DNA of 64,000 nt from Mustelus asterias (taxonomy: Eukaryota), in the NCBI RefSeq assembly GCF_964213995.1, contig NC_135802.1, forward strand, positions 75,888,001 through 75,952,000. The letters are read 5' to 3'. A program made the position numbers and the translations under genes. Shown piece by piece: positions 50,588 to 64,000 of this stretch (position 1 is the stretch's first letter; every line of letters starts with the position of its first letter). The notes under the pieces are model-generated. The model had not been told where the DNA came from. It saw only the letters and a program-made list of their open reading frames with translations, and made no database searches.

Positions 50588-51473
50588 GGCACAGTAAGAA
50601 GTCTCACAACACCAGGTTAAAGTCCAATAGGTTTTTTGGTAGCACAAGCTTTCAGAGCACTGCTCCTTCAGCAGGTGAGTGAAGAGTTGGGTTCACAAAC
50701 AGGAGACATATAGACAGACTCAATTTACAAGATAATGGTTGGAATGCGAGCCTTAACAGGTAATCAGGTCTTTACAGGTACAGATAATGCGAGTGGAGAG
50801 AGGGTTAAGTACAGGTTACAGAGGTGTGAATTGTCTCAAGCCAGGACAGTTAGTGAGATTTTGCAAGCCCAGGCATGTCGTGGGAGTTACAGATAGTGCG
50901 ACATGAACCCGAGGTCCTGGTTGAGGCCGTCCTCATGTGTGCGGAACTTGGCTATCAGTTTTTGCTCGGCGATTTGCATTGTCGTGTGTCGTGAAGGCCA
51001 CCTTGGAGAACGCTTACCCGAAGATCAGAGATTGAATGCCCGTGACTGCTGAAGTGTCCCCCGACAGGAAGGGAGCACTCCTGCCTGGTGATTGTTGAGT
51101 GGTGTTCATTCATCCATTGTCATAGTGTCTGAATGGTCTCGCCAATGTACCATGCCTCGGGGTATCCTTTCCTGCAGCTTACCAGGTAGACAAGGTAGGC
51201 CGAGTCGCAAGAGTATGTACTGTGTATCTGGTGGATGATCTCACGTGAGATGATGGCATCCGTGTCGATGATCTTGCACGTCTTGCAGAGGTTCCTGTGG
51301 CAGGGTTGTGTGGTGTTGTGGTCACTGTCCTCCTGAAGGCTGCATAGTTTGCTGCGGACAATGGTCTGTTTGAGGTTGCGCGGTTGTTTGAAGGCAAGTC
51401 GTGTGGGTGTGGGGATGGCCTTGGCGAGATGTTTGTCTTCATCGATGACATGTTGAAGGCTCTGGAGAAGATG
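50588..51473 (-). mobile_element. Penelope-like element 3' part: GIY-YIG endonuclease and pLTR
   Basis: LAFKQPRNLKQTIVRS..CKTC..CDSAYLVYLVSCRKGYPEAWYIGET..H..LPVGGHF..GLNQDLGFMSHYL* (stop 50887-50889). Confidence 0.9.
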
Positions 51474-52029
51474 TAGCGGTGGCAGCGGTGTAGCGATATT
51501 GTCACTAGAGACCCTGGGGGTGTGGGTTCAAATCCCATCACAGCAGATTCAATTAAAAATCTGGAAATAAAAGTGACAATAACCAAGAAACCATTCTGGT
51601 TCACTAAGGTCCTTTAGGGAAGGAAATCTGCCATCTTGGTCTGGCCTGCATGTGACTCCTGATCCACAGCAATGTGGGTGACTCTTAAAATGGTAAGGAA
51701 TGAATTAAAAAATGCTGAATATCTATTGTGAAAATGGCTCAGCAGTAGAGACATAATACCCCAACTTTTATTTATATAGCATCTTTCACACAATTAAATA
51801 AAGGGATTATACAACAAAGTTGATGCTGAACCACATAAGGAGAAAGCAGTAAAGCTTTTGCACTGGTGAATTGAAAACATCAATTAAGCCAGTTATTGTG
51901 AGATAGATCCAATTACATTTAATAGCAGTGTAATTCCAGAATTTCATCTGGGATTATAAGCGACCCTCAGACCAGACTTTAATCTAATGTTGGCTGAGGC
52001 AAATGCAGTGAGAGCGAATTTTAATTATG

Positions 52030-52600
52030 ATGCAGAAAACAAAAAAGATAGTCTGCACTGATGTATTTCTCAGTTCTGTAAATGGTTGGAACAATAGCAA
52101 ATGAAAATGAATTCACATCGGAAGGAATAATAGTTGTCATCCTACATGCACAATGAGGATGAGGCTGAAACAATAAGAAACAATAGAGGTGCAATTACAC
52201 CACTGGGTGTATTCGATAGGCTACCAACTGGTGGGAAAGATATAGAGGAACAGTTTTGAAGTTAAATGACAAAGAGATGCAAAGCTATAGAGTGGTGATA
52301 ATGATGCACTTCAGCCATGATAATATGGATGGGATTGCAATGGCATAAAGGGCAGAGATTCTGCAGTGTGCTTAGAAGAATTTTATACGTCAGAATATGC
52401 CCGGCCCAATAAGAAATGAGTCATTGCTGAATCTGGTTCTGAGGAAGAAAGCAGGTCAAGTGTCAGTAGGGCAACATTTAAGCAATCAGAGGACCATACG
52501 ATTATGGAAAAGGACAAGGAACGATCTAGAATAAAAAATACTGAATTGGAGGAGGGCCAATTTCAGTGAAGTTGGAATGGATTTGTCCCAGGTAAATTGC
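52030..52600 (+). mobile_element. CR1 endonuclease-region remnant
   Basis: GAITPLGVFDRLP; RNESLLNLVL; KILNWRRANF. Confidence 0.6.
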
Positions 52601-52627
52601 AACTTTTGTCTCCAGTTTAAAAACAAA

Positions 52628-53620
52628 GGGGGTGATTCTCCCAGCTTGCTGCGCAGGCCAGGAGGCAACAGCGGAGGGCATTTAGCAGACTCCCCACTGG
52701 CAACCTCGGCATCCGCACGTATCCAGGCCCCGGATTTTCGGCATTGTCAGCTCTGTGCTGGAAACCAGTGTGGAGTTGATTTAAATATTGAAATTGCTAT
52801 TTCCATCTGATTAGTGTGCCTGGGACTGAAGTCTTTGGGCCCGCTAGTGTTCCCCCCCCACCCCAACAGGGGTGGATTCCATAGCTCTCCACTATCGGGG
52901 AGCTGGTGGCCCGACCCCGCTGGAGTGAAGGGAGGCCATGGAGGCCATCTAGGAGGTTGGGGATAAGGGGAGAGTGCCCCCTGGGCATTGCCAGCCTGGC
53001 AGCGCCTATCTGGTTCCTGGCACTGCTCAAGGGGCATCTTGGCACTGTCCACCAGGCACTGGGCAGTGCCAAGGGAGCGGGGCCTATTGGGGGCAGGGGC
53101 CTGTGGGGGGGCGATTAGTAGGGGTGGGGGGCTCCTGCTGCCACTCTGCATAGGGATCCGTGGCAGAGGGAGAGAAGGGACTGATCGGGGTTGCCCATCC
53201 AGGTGGGGGGGAATCGGGAGGGTCGGGGCTGCAGGGTTGGGGGAGGGGTCAGGACTGAGGGGGGTGTCAGGTCTGCTGGGGGGCCTGGTATCTCGGCATA
53301 TCAGGGCATGGGGGGTCTCGGGGAGATCAAGGCAGGCTGGGGGGGTGGTTGGGGCTGCCCCGGAAATGTCAGGGAGGCCAGCGATCGGGTGGGGGGTGGT
53401 GGAGGGGTTCTGTGTGGCAGTGATGGGGGTTGCTGTGCTGGCCAGTGAGCAGGCCAGCCAGCACAGCAACGTAATTTCAACGTAAATCTCGCTAGGGCAC
53501 TCTGCAGTGCTCAGAGTGTGGGGGATTCATTTTGAAAATCCCACTAAAAAAATCATCAGGAGTTACTCCCGTTTTTACAAAAATTCAACACTTCAAATTT
53601 TTTGTGGGTGAATTTTGGCC
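52628..53620. mobile_element. GC-rich non-autonomous Harbinger-like element
   Basis: Termini gggggtgattctccc / gggtgaattttggcc; interior related in inverted orientation to 61818-62930. Confidence 0.65.
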
Positions 53621-55249
53621 GTAGGGTCTCCCATTTAAGACTGAGAGGAAGATAATATTTTTCTCTCCGATGGTAGTTAGTCTGTGGAACTCTCTTTCCC
53701 AGAGAGCTATGGAGGCAGGGTTATTGGATATTTTTAAAGCTGAGTTAGATTGGGTGCAATCTAACCAAAAAATGGCCAAGTGTCAGGGCCTGACTGAAAA
53801 CCGGCGAGTTTCTGTCTACAGAAACATGCTGGTTTTCTCTCCAGATCTTATGACAATTTGTCAAAAAAAAAATTGGGTATGTTTTAGGCTGCCAAGTTGA
53901 GGGGCGGGGCCTAAATATGCTGGCAAAACCAGCTGCACTGAGATCGGGGTGCCCTTGATCAGAGGAAAAATGACCTCCCCCCGCCCCTCTTTCCTATGCC
54001 ACCACGGAGATCTCAGGGGCTCTGCTCCTGCCCCCCCCCCCACCCCACCACGCACAGTATCTCTCCCTCTCTCTCCCCCACCCCTGGCAAACAAACAATG
54101 ACAGCATTGGTTCCCACCACTCCCTACCCCCCACCGCCAAACAGTCATTGTCAGCATTCTCAGAACACCCTCATCTGCTCCACCACCACCACAAATAAAT
54201 GAGTCGTCGTGTTCCCCCCCCTCCCCCCCCGTGTCCCCCCCCCCCCCCCCCCCCCCCGTGTCGTGTCCCCCCCCCCCCATGAGGCTTCCAATAGGATCTG
54301 CCCTTGTTCCTGTCTTCAGCACAGGTTGGCAAAGCCAGGTTGCACATGCCAACCTGGCAGTGTCAACCTGCACCACGGGGCACTGCCAGGGCGTTCCCTA
54401 GACATGTCTCTCTCTCCCCCAGGGCGATATTCACCTTTATGTCCATGGGGGGCAATCTCCACGACAGGTTCACGGTTGGGCGAACCTGTTGTAAAACACG
54501 CTGACATGATGTCATGTCGGGGTGGTGTTGTAAATGGCGGGGGGTGGTTGGGGAATATATGCCAGGAGGGATGATCTTTAATTATATTAAAATGTCTGTA
54601 AATGTATTGCAATCAGGTTCACCCCACATGGGCATGAACTTGATTACGCTGGCAAGGGGTGGCGAATATTGGCAATTGTGATCTCCCTGGCAAGGTTTGC
54701 AATTTCCGGGATGTGTCGGATCTTGAGCCCTCACTGCCGATCCCACGGACAGAGAGCACAGGCTCAAAATTTCTCCACCGATTCTTGATTGACAAGGGGG
54801 TTAAAGGGTACAGGGATAGACAGGAAAGTAGAGTTGAAGCCACAATCAGGTCAGCCATGATCTTATCAAATGGCGGAGCAAGCTCGAGGGCCTAATGGCC
54901 GACTCCTGCTCCTTGCTTGTATGTTCATATTGAAAAATGGAGATTTGGGAAAGATGGGAATGTCATTTAATAAGGTTGTAGCTGATTTGATAGTAACCTC
55001 AAATCTGCATCTCACTTACCCCGATAACCTATCCCTCTGCCTTCACCTCCTTGGAGAAAATGGTGTTTGACATTATTGGCAAGTCCATTGCTTGGGCCAT
55101 GGCCATTGGTGTTACTGAAGCCATCCAGGATGGTGGCATGTTCCTACCTTGAAGACCCTTGCCTTCTTTTCATAAAAAGCGAAGAAATCTGAGCAGGAAT
55201 TGACCATACAGTGTGTTAAGCCTGCTCCACGATTCAATGCAATCATGGC

Positions 55250-57710
55250 TAATGAACATGAAAGGAAACCGTCTGGAATATAAAAACAAATTGTAAGTAT
55301 ATAAAAGGAAGAGAATAGGCAAAATAAATGTTGGTCTCTTGGAAGGACAGACAGAAGAAATTAGCATGTGAATAAGGAAATGATAGTGGCATTGAAGAAA
55401 TAGTCGAAGACAAAAGTTACATTCCAAAAATAGAGGGTAGCCGAGAGGTGAATAAGAGTAAAGATATTAGAGTAACTGATACCAGCAAAGAAAAGGTATG
55501 TAGAATCTCAAAGGAATAAAATCAGAAACCCCAAGATATCTTATGAAATCAGACTAGACCCTAACAATTCACTATTTTGGCATTCATGTGAGGATATGAT
55601 GTTTCACTCCAGACATGATTCTACTGACACACTAGGGAGCTTTTATCAAAACAATTTGTATTCAATGACACAGTTTAACTATAATAAATGATTTAGCTTA
55701 ACATTTAACAATTGGACAATACATAAACATGTCAGGATACAATTCTTAACTGCTAACATGCGACTATATATTTCAATTGAAGCAATATTTCTCTTAAACC
55801 TCTCTTTAAAATTCATTAGCAAAGCACAGACATACTTGGATATCTCAGGTTAACAGTCCTAGAGCTTTTAGAACATCACTGGAGAGAGAAAGAGAGAGAG
55901 AGAGGCACCTGTTTCTTCTGGCAATCCAAACAGCAACTGTTTGTATTTTCACAATGAAACTGAAAACAATATTTCTTTCTTGCAAGCGTAACTTCTCCTA
56001 TTAAGCACATAATTCTGTCCCTGTCAATCAATCTAATCAAAACTCTACCCTGAACCCCCCAAGGGAGATTCAAGTAAGCACAAATGCATTGGCCCAGCTT
56101 AAAACAAACACTCTAGGTCTAAAATGAGTACATACTCTGTGTTCCCAGCTACCAATTTAAAGGTTTTGCTAGACAGATTGGCACCCTGCAAAACAGATCT
56201 GAATTCTAAACATATCCCTTGCAAGAAAAATGATATACATATATTCCTCAAAGGCCCAGTATCATCACAAAAATCTGACAAATTCCCAAGACCCGATGGC
56301 CTACATCCTTGGGTTCTTTAAAAAAAGAAAACTGCAAAGATAGTGGGTACATTGGCTATAATTTTCCAAAGTTCCCTAGATTCTGCAACAGTTCCAGCAG
56401 ATTAGGAGTATGCAAATGTAATACTGTTATTCAATGAGAGAGAAAAGGGGCCAGTTAAACTTACATTAGTCATTAGGAAAGTGCTGGAATCTATTAAGGA
56501 AATTTTAACAACTTGGTATGATTAGAACCAAGTCAGCATGGTTTTACAAAAGGTAAATCCTGTTTGACAAATTTATTTGAGTTTTGATGTAACTAGTAAG
56601 GTACATAAAGGGGAACCAGGGGATGTAATACACCTGGATCTCCAAAATGTACTGAGAAGGAGCATACAAAATGTTGATACACAAGCTAAAGGTTGATGAA
56701 GGATTGATCAATGGATTTAAAGCAGAGAATAGAGATAAATGGCACATTTTTGATTTGACAGGCTGTGACTAATGGAGTGCCACAAGGATCAGTGCTGGGG
56801 CCTCAGCTCCTTATAATCTATATTAATGACTTCGACTACGAGACAGAGAATAATGTGTCTAACTTTGCTGATAATACAAAGATCAGTTGGAATACAAGCA
56901 ATGAGGTGAGTACAAAGAAGCTGCAAAGAATTACAGGCAAGTTAAGTGAGTGGGAAACAAGATGGCAGATGGAGTATAGTGTGGAGTGTGAGGTTATTCA
57001 CTTTGGTTGTAAGAATAGAAAAGCAGTATATTTTTGAATAGATGTAAAACTTGCAAATGTTGATGTTCAGAGAGACTTGGGTGTACTCATACAAGGACCA
57101 CAAAAGGTGAGCGTGCAGGTGTAGCAAGCAATTAGGAAAGTAAGTGGTGTGTTTGTCCTTATTGCAATGGGATTGGGTACAAGAATAAAGAAGTATTGCT
57201 ACTTTTGTACAGGGCTTGGTGAGACTGTGTGCAATCTCAGTCTCCATCTTTACAAAAGGATATATTTGCATTGGAGGCAGTATAGGGGGGATTGATCAGA
57301 TTGGTTCCAAGGATGAAAGTGTTGTGATATGATGTGAGAATGAATAAGTTGGATCTATTTCCTCTGGAGTTTAAAAGAATGAGAAGTGATTTCATTGGAA
57401 CTTTCAATGCTATAAAGGACTTGAGTGGGTTGATACTGAAAAGCTCTTCGTCCTGGCTGGAGAATCAAGATGGAACAGTTTCAGGACAAGAGGATGATCA
57501 CTTAGGACTGAGATAAGAAAAAAATCCTTTACTTAAAGGATTGTGAATCTTTGGAATTCTCTGCCCCGTAGGGTGTGGATGTGCCATCCTTGAATATGTT
57601 GAATGGTCTAAACAGATTTTTTTGGTCTCTCAGACTCATGGGATATAAGAGTAGTTGGGAAAATGGAGTAAAGCCCAAGATCAACCACAATCATATTGAA
57701 TGTTGAGGAT
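55250..57710 (+). mobile_element. Decayed CR1 ORF2, interrupted by an LTR-like block (~55540-56249)
   Basis: KFPRPDGLHPWVL; [23 protein letters not shown]; LEFKRMRSDFI. Confidence 0.8.
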
Positions 57711-59504
57711 CCCGCCACCTCCCTGTCTCCACCCTTAGGTCTGTGGCAAGAGGACCTGTGGACGATCTCCCTACCCCACTGTCAAGTGAAGACCTTAAGT
57801 GGCCAATCAATGTCCACTTAAGGGCCTCATCCAACTGCTGCTGGTATTAACCCAGCAGCATGTGGGGGGAGGGGGGCTTGTAATACAAGGAGCATGACAA
57901 ACAAGCATGTGTGAGCTTCCATGGGGTGAGGGTGAGTCCCTCAATCACCCAGTGACTGATTGTGGAACCTGGCATCAGGAAAGGGTGGAGTTGGGGGGGC
58001 ACACCCCTGGCTTGCAGCCATTGCCTCACCTGGTGACCATTTCCTTTCATCACTCACCTGTGCCCTGGGATCCAGTGATGATACTGGGCCTTGGGTGGGT
58101 GTCATACTGGCTCGAGCCACCACCTCTCTCTGTTGGCACTGCTGGTCAACAGATCCGGCTGGCAGCTCTCAGTCGGTAGGACTTCCCCTCTTGGGGTCCT
58201 TGATCATGGGAAAGGCCCACCGATGTTCAGTAGTACCTGAGTGTCTTCCCTAAGACAATGTAGCATTCTTTCCAGCTCTCTAACTAACAGGCAAGACCCA
58301 TGTTGCCTGCACTAAATACTGCCCAAGGTGATGAGAACTAAATACTGAGATTTCGATAGTGATTGTACGCCCTAAGTTCTCTCTGTATCATCAGCAGAAC
58401 CCAGAAAAAGCAGCATTAATAATCATTACAGCATTTCTCTGGGTTTTTCACTGATATTTCTGCTAATGTTACTGATTGAAAACACTTGCAGAAATTCCTT
58501 CCTAAAATGTATGCAACTAAACAGTAATTTTACAGCAAATTCAGTGAACCTTGCCAAGATTAGGGAGAAGATCTGACCTTCCCCAGTTGCTCCATCTAGT
58601 GAGTCTCTGCCCTAGACCACAGAATTGCTGTTGTGTCTATCTGTATATCTATGTTCAAAGTTTATGTTAATATATGCATCAACATCATATTCTGAGGTAG
58701 ATAGTATTAATGTCAAATAGATTCCATGTCCTGGAGAATTCTAGATAAAAGAACAGCTTTTGCAGAACTGGTATGATAAGTGACATTCCATTGCTGTACA
58801 GATTCATGCATTGAGTATACTCTAGAATTCATTTTTACAGAGGTGAATATTAAGTGGGGCGAGGATTATAATTGGGAAATGACTGCAATCTTCAACTGAA
58901 GAGTCATTTGTAATAGAAATTCGAATAAATGAATCATCAAAACACCAACCACCCACTCCTCATCCTACACCACCTCATCATGCCCACTCGTCACAGACGT
59001 GTATGTCGGCTGTCTCTGTCCTCTGATAGATCAGCATGTTTGGGTGCTGCATCCAACTCCAGAAACTGCTCTGTAACTAGTGCAAACATGCACCCTGGTT
59101 TTCTAGGCTGGTACCTGTGTTGTATCTTTCAGGTTAATGATGACTATCTGACTGTAACCCTGCTCTACATACAACGACATTGACCTAACTGTAAGAAGAC
59201 TTATAAATATTTTAAAAATAAATACCTTTAAAGGTGAGTGAATGGAGACAGAATAAACTTTATGAATGTTATGGACTCACTAATGTGAAAAGCAGAATAA
59301 CTGAAATAAGTGCAAAATTTCGTCTTTCCTGACATTAGTGATAACAGTTCACATTCTGCAATAGTATTGTTGCATTTTCAGCCTGGTCTAAGGTTACTGT
59401 TTTTGTGTCTTCAATGTAATGCATTGCGCCAGTCCTGTTATTTGCAGAACTGTTGTTGCTTCTCTGTCTTTAGTATTTTCCCTTGGAAAATAGTGTGAAG
59501 TAGA

Positions 59505-60003
59505 CCATAAGACCATAAGACATAGGAGCAGAATTAGGCCACTCGGCCCATCGAGTCTGCTCTGCCATTCAATCATGGTTGATATTTTTCTCATCCCCAT
59601 TCTCCTGCCTTTTCTCCATAAGCCCTGGTCTCCTTATTAATCAAGAACCTATCTATCTCTGTCTTAAAGACACCCAATGACCTGACCTCCACAGCCTTCT
59701 GCGACAAAGAGTTCCACAGATTCATCACTCTCTGGCTGGAGAATTCCTCCTCGTCTCTGTTTTAAAGGATCATCCCTTTAGCCTGGGGTTGTGCCCTCTG
59801 ATTCTAGTTTTTCCGACTAGTGGAAACATCCTCTCCATGTCCACTCTATCCAGGCCCTGTAGTAATCTGTAAGTTTCAATAAGATTCCCCCCTCATTCTT
59901 CTAAACTCCAATGAGTACAGACCCAGAGTCCTCAACTGTTCCTCATACGACAAGCTCTTCATTCCAGGGATCATTCTCGTGAACCTCCTCTGGACCCTTT
60001 CCA
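59505..60003 (-). mobile_element. CR1 3' end
   Basis: LERVQRRFTRMIPGMKSLSYEEQLRTLGLYSLEFRRMRG; (cataagac)n tail. Confidence 0.9.
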
Positions 60004-60895
60004 GCAGTGGATGGATTCGCAAGCTGATTAACAATCTGGCAGCTCTGTGGCCATTGTCAGCCTTTATACCTGCATGGAAGATGCAAATGACAGCATTTCT
60101 ACAGAGGAAAAGTAATAAAACTGTTAATGGAGGAGACAAGAGTTTTTACTGGAGCTTTGCCAGCTTCCCATCATAACTCCAAAGGACCTGAGTGGAAAAT
60201 GCTGCAGAAGCTGTTCTGTTGACTGCTGGTTGGTTCATCCTTGTCACTTCCAGGGTTTCCCACAGAGGGAACAGAAGAGGCAGAATATATCTGTCCTAAT
60301 ATGGGTGAGCATATTCAAATTAGTTGCAAAAGGAAGGATGCATCATCTGACACATTTTCTGACATTTGCACCCTAGCAGCACTGTGAATTGAGAATGCCT
60401 GTGCGTTCTTGGCACTCAGGTTCCCTATGATGCTGGGACACCTTTTTAAGATTTAAAAAAGTTTCCTTAGCTTAGACCAAGGTAGAATTACAACTTTATT
60501 TTCAAAGGAATTTACATTTAGGGAAAGCCTTGGAGGCCGTTAGGCATTCTACATTGCAGCAGACTCCTGTAACCTGCTGCAGTCATTTTCCCGCATCTCC
60601 CCCAGCTGATCACCCTGCAGGAAGCAGTAATCTCTTCGAGGATTTGCTGTATTTCTTTAAATTATTCATCGGGGTGGGTACCCTACTGAAGTTATGCCAA
60701 GATTCTTCCAAAACAGAAAAATCTTAGTGAATGGCGAATAAGACCAGCTGCTTGATGAACGGGTCAAATCCAAAAGAAAAATTACCTGGGATAAAACATC
60801 AAACTGCAACTAACAAGCATGATGAGGATAACTGGTCAAACAACATTTTCTGATGGGTTAAAGGAGTGGAAGAGTTCCATTAGCATCGCAACAAT

Positions 60896-61206
60896 GGCCA
60901 AACTGTTCCAGCCCATCCCACCTGCCAGTGGTGACCCCCTGGGCCCGGCCCCCACGAGCAGAGGGTGCAGGGCATGCAAATCTCTGCAGACATTGGCGGG
61001 ACTGGAAGATCCCACTGCTGGCCAATGACAGGCTGCTTCCGCCGCCGGAAAATACGCTGAAGGACGAGAATCCCACCTAATGGACAAGATCTTACAGCCT
61101 CACTCAGGCGAGATTGGAAATCCCCATCTGAGGTCAACGGAGATTTCCACTGTCGGATCCTCGCCCATGCCGATTCCGTAGCAGGCGAGGTGGTAGAGTT
61201 CTGGCC
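60896..61206. mobile_element. Harbinger-type MITE, TSD AAT
   Basis: aat|ggccaaactgttcc...ggtagagttctggcc|aat. Confidence 0.55.
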
Positions 61207-61817
61207 AATGTCCTTAAAGGTGCCTAGAAGAAGACTGTTGCTATTCAGTTTTCCTCTTAAGCGATGGGTTGAGACTTTGCCCGTACCAGGCCAAACTAGA
61301 AATCCCTCTTTTAATGAGACTGTAAGAAACTGCCTTTATGGCTTGCTGCAAATCACTTTGGCATGTGACTTCAGCTGTTGAATTCACATGAACCGCTCTT
61401 CAAAAATGTAAAAGACCTTCTATTCAGACGTGCAACATACCTTCTCCAAAGCAAGACAACGACGTGGATTACGAACTGTTTCTTTTTATAACTTATAAAG
61501 GTGCGCTATTCTCTCCAACTGTACTTTCCTTGAGGTTTTTTTTGCGTGAGTGGATGCAGTAGTGTTAGAGTTTAGGGAGAGTGCTTGAGTAGAAAATCAA
61601 CTTTATTTAAATTCTCAAAAACCTGGTTACTCAAACTGTCCACACACTCAAGAGTTAAAACCACACACAATCATCTTTTCAAAAAACTTACTGATTAGAG
61701 ACAAATGGGAAGGGTGCAGGGCTTTCAACAGTTGCTGTTTGCCCTGTCTGTAACATAAAACATCTTTTACACCCATAATGTGTTCCAAAGCACCAAGAAC
61801 CTACTTTTGAAATGGTA

Positions 61818-62930
61818 GGGGGCGAGTCTCCCAAAAGTGCTGATTTGGCGGGAAAACTGTTCTAAATCCCAACTGTTCTGACAGTTCAACTTCTCACCTG
61901 AGTCTCTGCACTCTGTGCACTGAAGAGGGCCCAGTCGTGAATCTCATTAAAACCCCATGGCGGCAGGGCCTATTCACGTCGGAGTTTGATTAGTTCTGGA
62001 GCTCTGCGCAAGCGCAGTGGCCCCAAACTGTCAAACTCCCATTTGCTGGCCACTCGATCACTGGCTAGCCTGGGACCACCGCAGTGCTGCCCCTCCAGCC
62101 CCCTCCCCCACGGCCCCTACAGCAATTCCTGGGCCAGCCATGAACAGCCGCCCCCCCCCCCCGGCCCGTCCCAGGGCACGCCGATGTCCAGGCCCCACCT
62201 CCCAGCAGTGGCGATCCCCCCACCCCCTCACCCTGGCAGACACCGCCACACCCCCGCCCCGACCCCTCGGTCAGACCCCCCTGGAGGCAGGCACTCCCCC
62301 AGCAGACCACCCCAATTGCTGCCCTCCCTCCATCACAGACCGATCCCAATGCAGCGTGGCAGTGGGACCCCCCACCTCCACTGATCGCTCCTAGGCCCCG
62401 CCCACAGTAGGCTCCGTCCCTTGGTACTACCCGATGCCCACTGGGTAGTGCCAAGGTGTCCCATGGGCATGGGCACTTTGCCCCTTGGGCAGTGCCAGAG
62501 GGCACAGGCTGGCACTGCCAGGGTGCCCAAGCCCAGGGGGCACCAACCCCTGCTGCCCGACCCCCTGGGGGGCACCGATTGCCCCCTCTTCATTCCGGCA
62601 GGGTCTCCTGCTAGTTCCCCGAACATGGGGAGCTCATCTAAACCCCGCCAGGATGAAGTACTCCTGGCAGGGTGGGAGCTTCAATCAGGACTTGAAAGGT
62701 CCTGATAATGAACAAATATACAGATTTAAAATACGTGCAGAAAAGATTTAAATCATTTACCTGCCTTCCCGCCGGTTTCCAGCGTGGTCTGGCCGGTGAC
62801 TGTTCTCCGGCTCTGGAAGATGTGCATGCATTCCCGTTGCATGCGCAAATCCGTGTTCAAGGATGCAGACGCGCGTCTCCCACCGCGACCCGCCAGAAAA
62901 GTTGCGGGTCGCAATGGGAGAATCGTGGTC
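61818..62930. mobile_element. 1.1-kb non-autonomous Harbinger element, TSD GTA
   Basis: gta|gggggcgagtctccc...gggagaatcgtggtc|gta; right end resembles the transposon end at 39590-39604. Confidence 0.8.
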
Positions 62931-62971
62931 GTAATCACTTGTAATGTAGGAAACTTGGCAGTCAATTTGTA

Positions 62972-63365
62972 ATGTGGAGATGCTGGCGTTGGACTGGGGT
63001 AAACACAGTAAGAAGTTTAACAACACCAGATTAAAGTCCAACAGGTTTATTTGGTAGCAAAAGCCACAAGCTTTCGGAGCCTTAAGCTCCTTCTGTAGAA
63101 ACTTGATGTCTGTGTCGATATGCGCGATCTTCTTGGAGATCCTCTCCACTTGGAGCCGGCAGTTTGCAGTGTCGATGGTAGTCATGATGTGGAGATGCCG
63201 GCGTTGGACGGGGGTGAACATAGTAAGAAGTTTAACAACACCAGATTAAAGTCCAACAGGTTTATTTGGTAGCAAAAGCCACAAACTTTCGGAGCCTTAA
63301 GCTTAAGGCTCTGAAAGCTTGTGGCTTTTGCTACCAAATAAACCTGTTGGACTTTAACCTGGTGT
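62972..63365 (-). mobile_element. Mini PLE (pLTR-ORF start-pLTR) with terminal fold-back; 12-bp TSD
   Basis: TSD agtcaatttgta at 62960-62971 and 63366-63377; MTTIDTANCRLQVERISKKIAHIDTDIKFLQ; palindrome centre ccttaag|cttaagg at ~63301. Confidence 0.9.
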
Positions 63366-64000
63366 AGTCAATTTGTACATCGCAATATGAAGTGACAGCT
63401 AATGTGTGTGATTTTCCAGCACTGCCGAGATTGTCCGGTCCTGCTGAAAGTCATTGGGCGGAAAAAGTCATAAAATGGGGTGTGATGTGACTAGCGGGAA
63501 TGGTGCCTGTTTTTGCGCCCATTCCCATTTTACCAAGAAAAAAAATCAGTGCGATCGGGACCCTGCCCAAAATGGGTGAAACATCAATTTGCATTTTTTT
63601 GCATTCATCACAATGTAATTAGTGAGCTTCACTCCCAATCGTCCCAGCTCACCTACCTTAACCACCTCGTTTGCAGCCGGATTGGTCAGGAAAACACCTC
63701 AAGTATAAAAGTCGGTTTCAGGCACTTGATCCGTGAGAGTGAGTGAGAAGGTAAGTCTCTGCTTTCAAACTGCTCCATGCTGCTCAGGAGGGGTTGTTTC
63801 ATGGTGATCATGTTGAGTTTCGGGTCGGAGAGGGCCTGCGAGTGTGTGGGGGGATGGGGGGCTGTTGTTGTTCATGGGATCTGACTTTGGCCTCTCAGCA
63901 CAGATCCGGATCAGAGTGCTGACCTTGGGTCTTAGCGCTGACTCTGGGTCCTCGTGCAGGCAGCAGCAGGCACAGTGGCTAGTGGGGAATGGGCTGGTGC

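Noticed and set aside
52747-53485. Long Pro-rich/Gly-rich ORFs (240 aa, 165 aa) and similar ORFs at 53861-54612 and 61986-62751
   Set aside because: By-products of GC-skewed interiors of non-autonomous DNA transposons; open in several frames with no recognisable domain.

Overview
Eukaryotic, repeat-dense genomic DNA. The repeat families (CR1 LINEs with shark-type 3' tails, HE1/V-SINE-type tRNA SINEs, Penelope-like pLTRs, Harbinger MITEs) point to a cartilaginous fish, most likely a shark; this is an inference. No intact host protein-coding gene was recognised: the ORFs I could assign are transposon fragments and the rest look like noise. The window holds fragments of CR1, L2 and RTE LINEs, at least three families of Penelope-like elements (PLEs) with minimal hammerhead ribozyme motifs (many as fold-back palindromes with 9-14 bp TSDs), a decayed two-gene Harbinger/PIF transposon with many 3-bp-TSD MITE derivatives, tRNA-derived SINEs and putative solo LTRs. 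The most unusual item is a ~317-nt poly(A)-tailed insert at 17640-17956 nested in a PLE copy. It begins with an exact copy of U2 snRNA nt 1-38, repeats U2 stem-loop I exactly 100 nt later with a self-extending stem, and continues as a chain of hairpins: a candidate U2-headed SINE or chimeric snRNA. All calls were made by eye, without database searches, and many boundaries are approximate.
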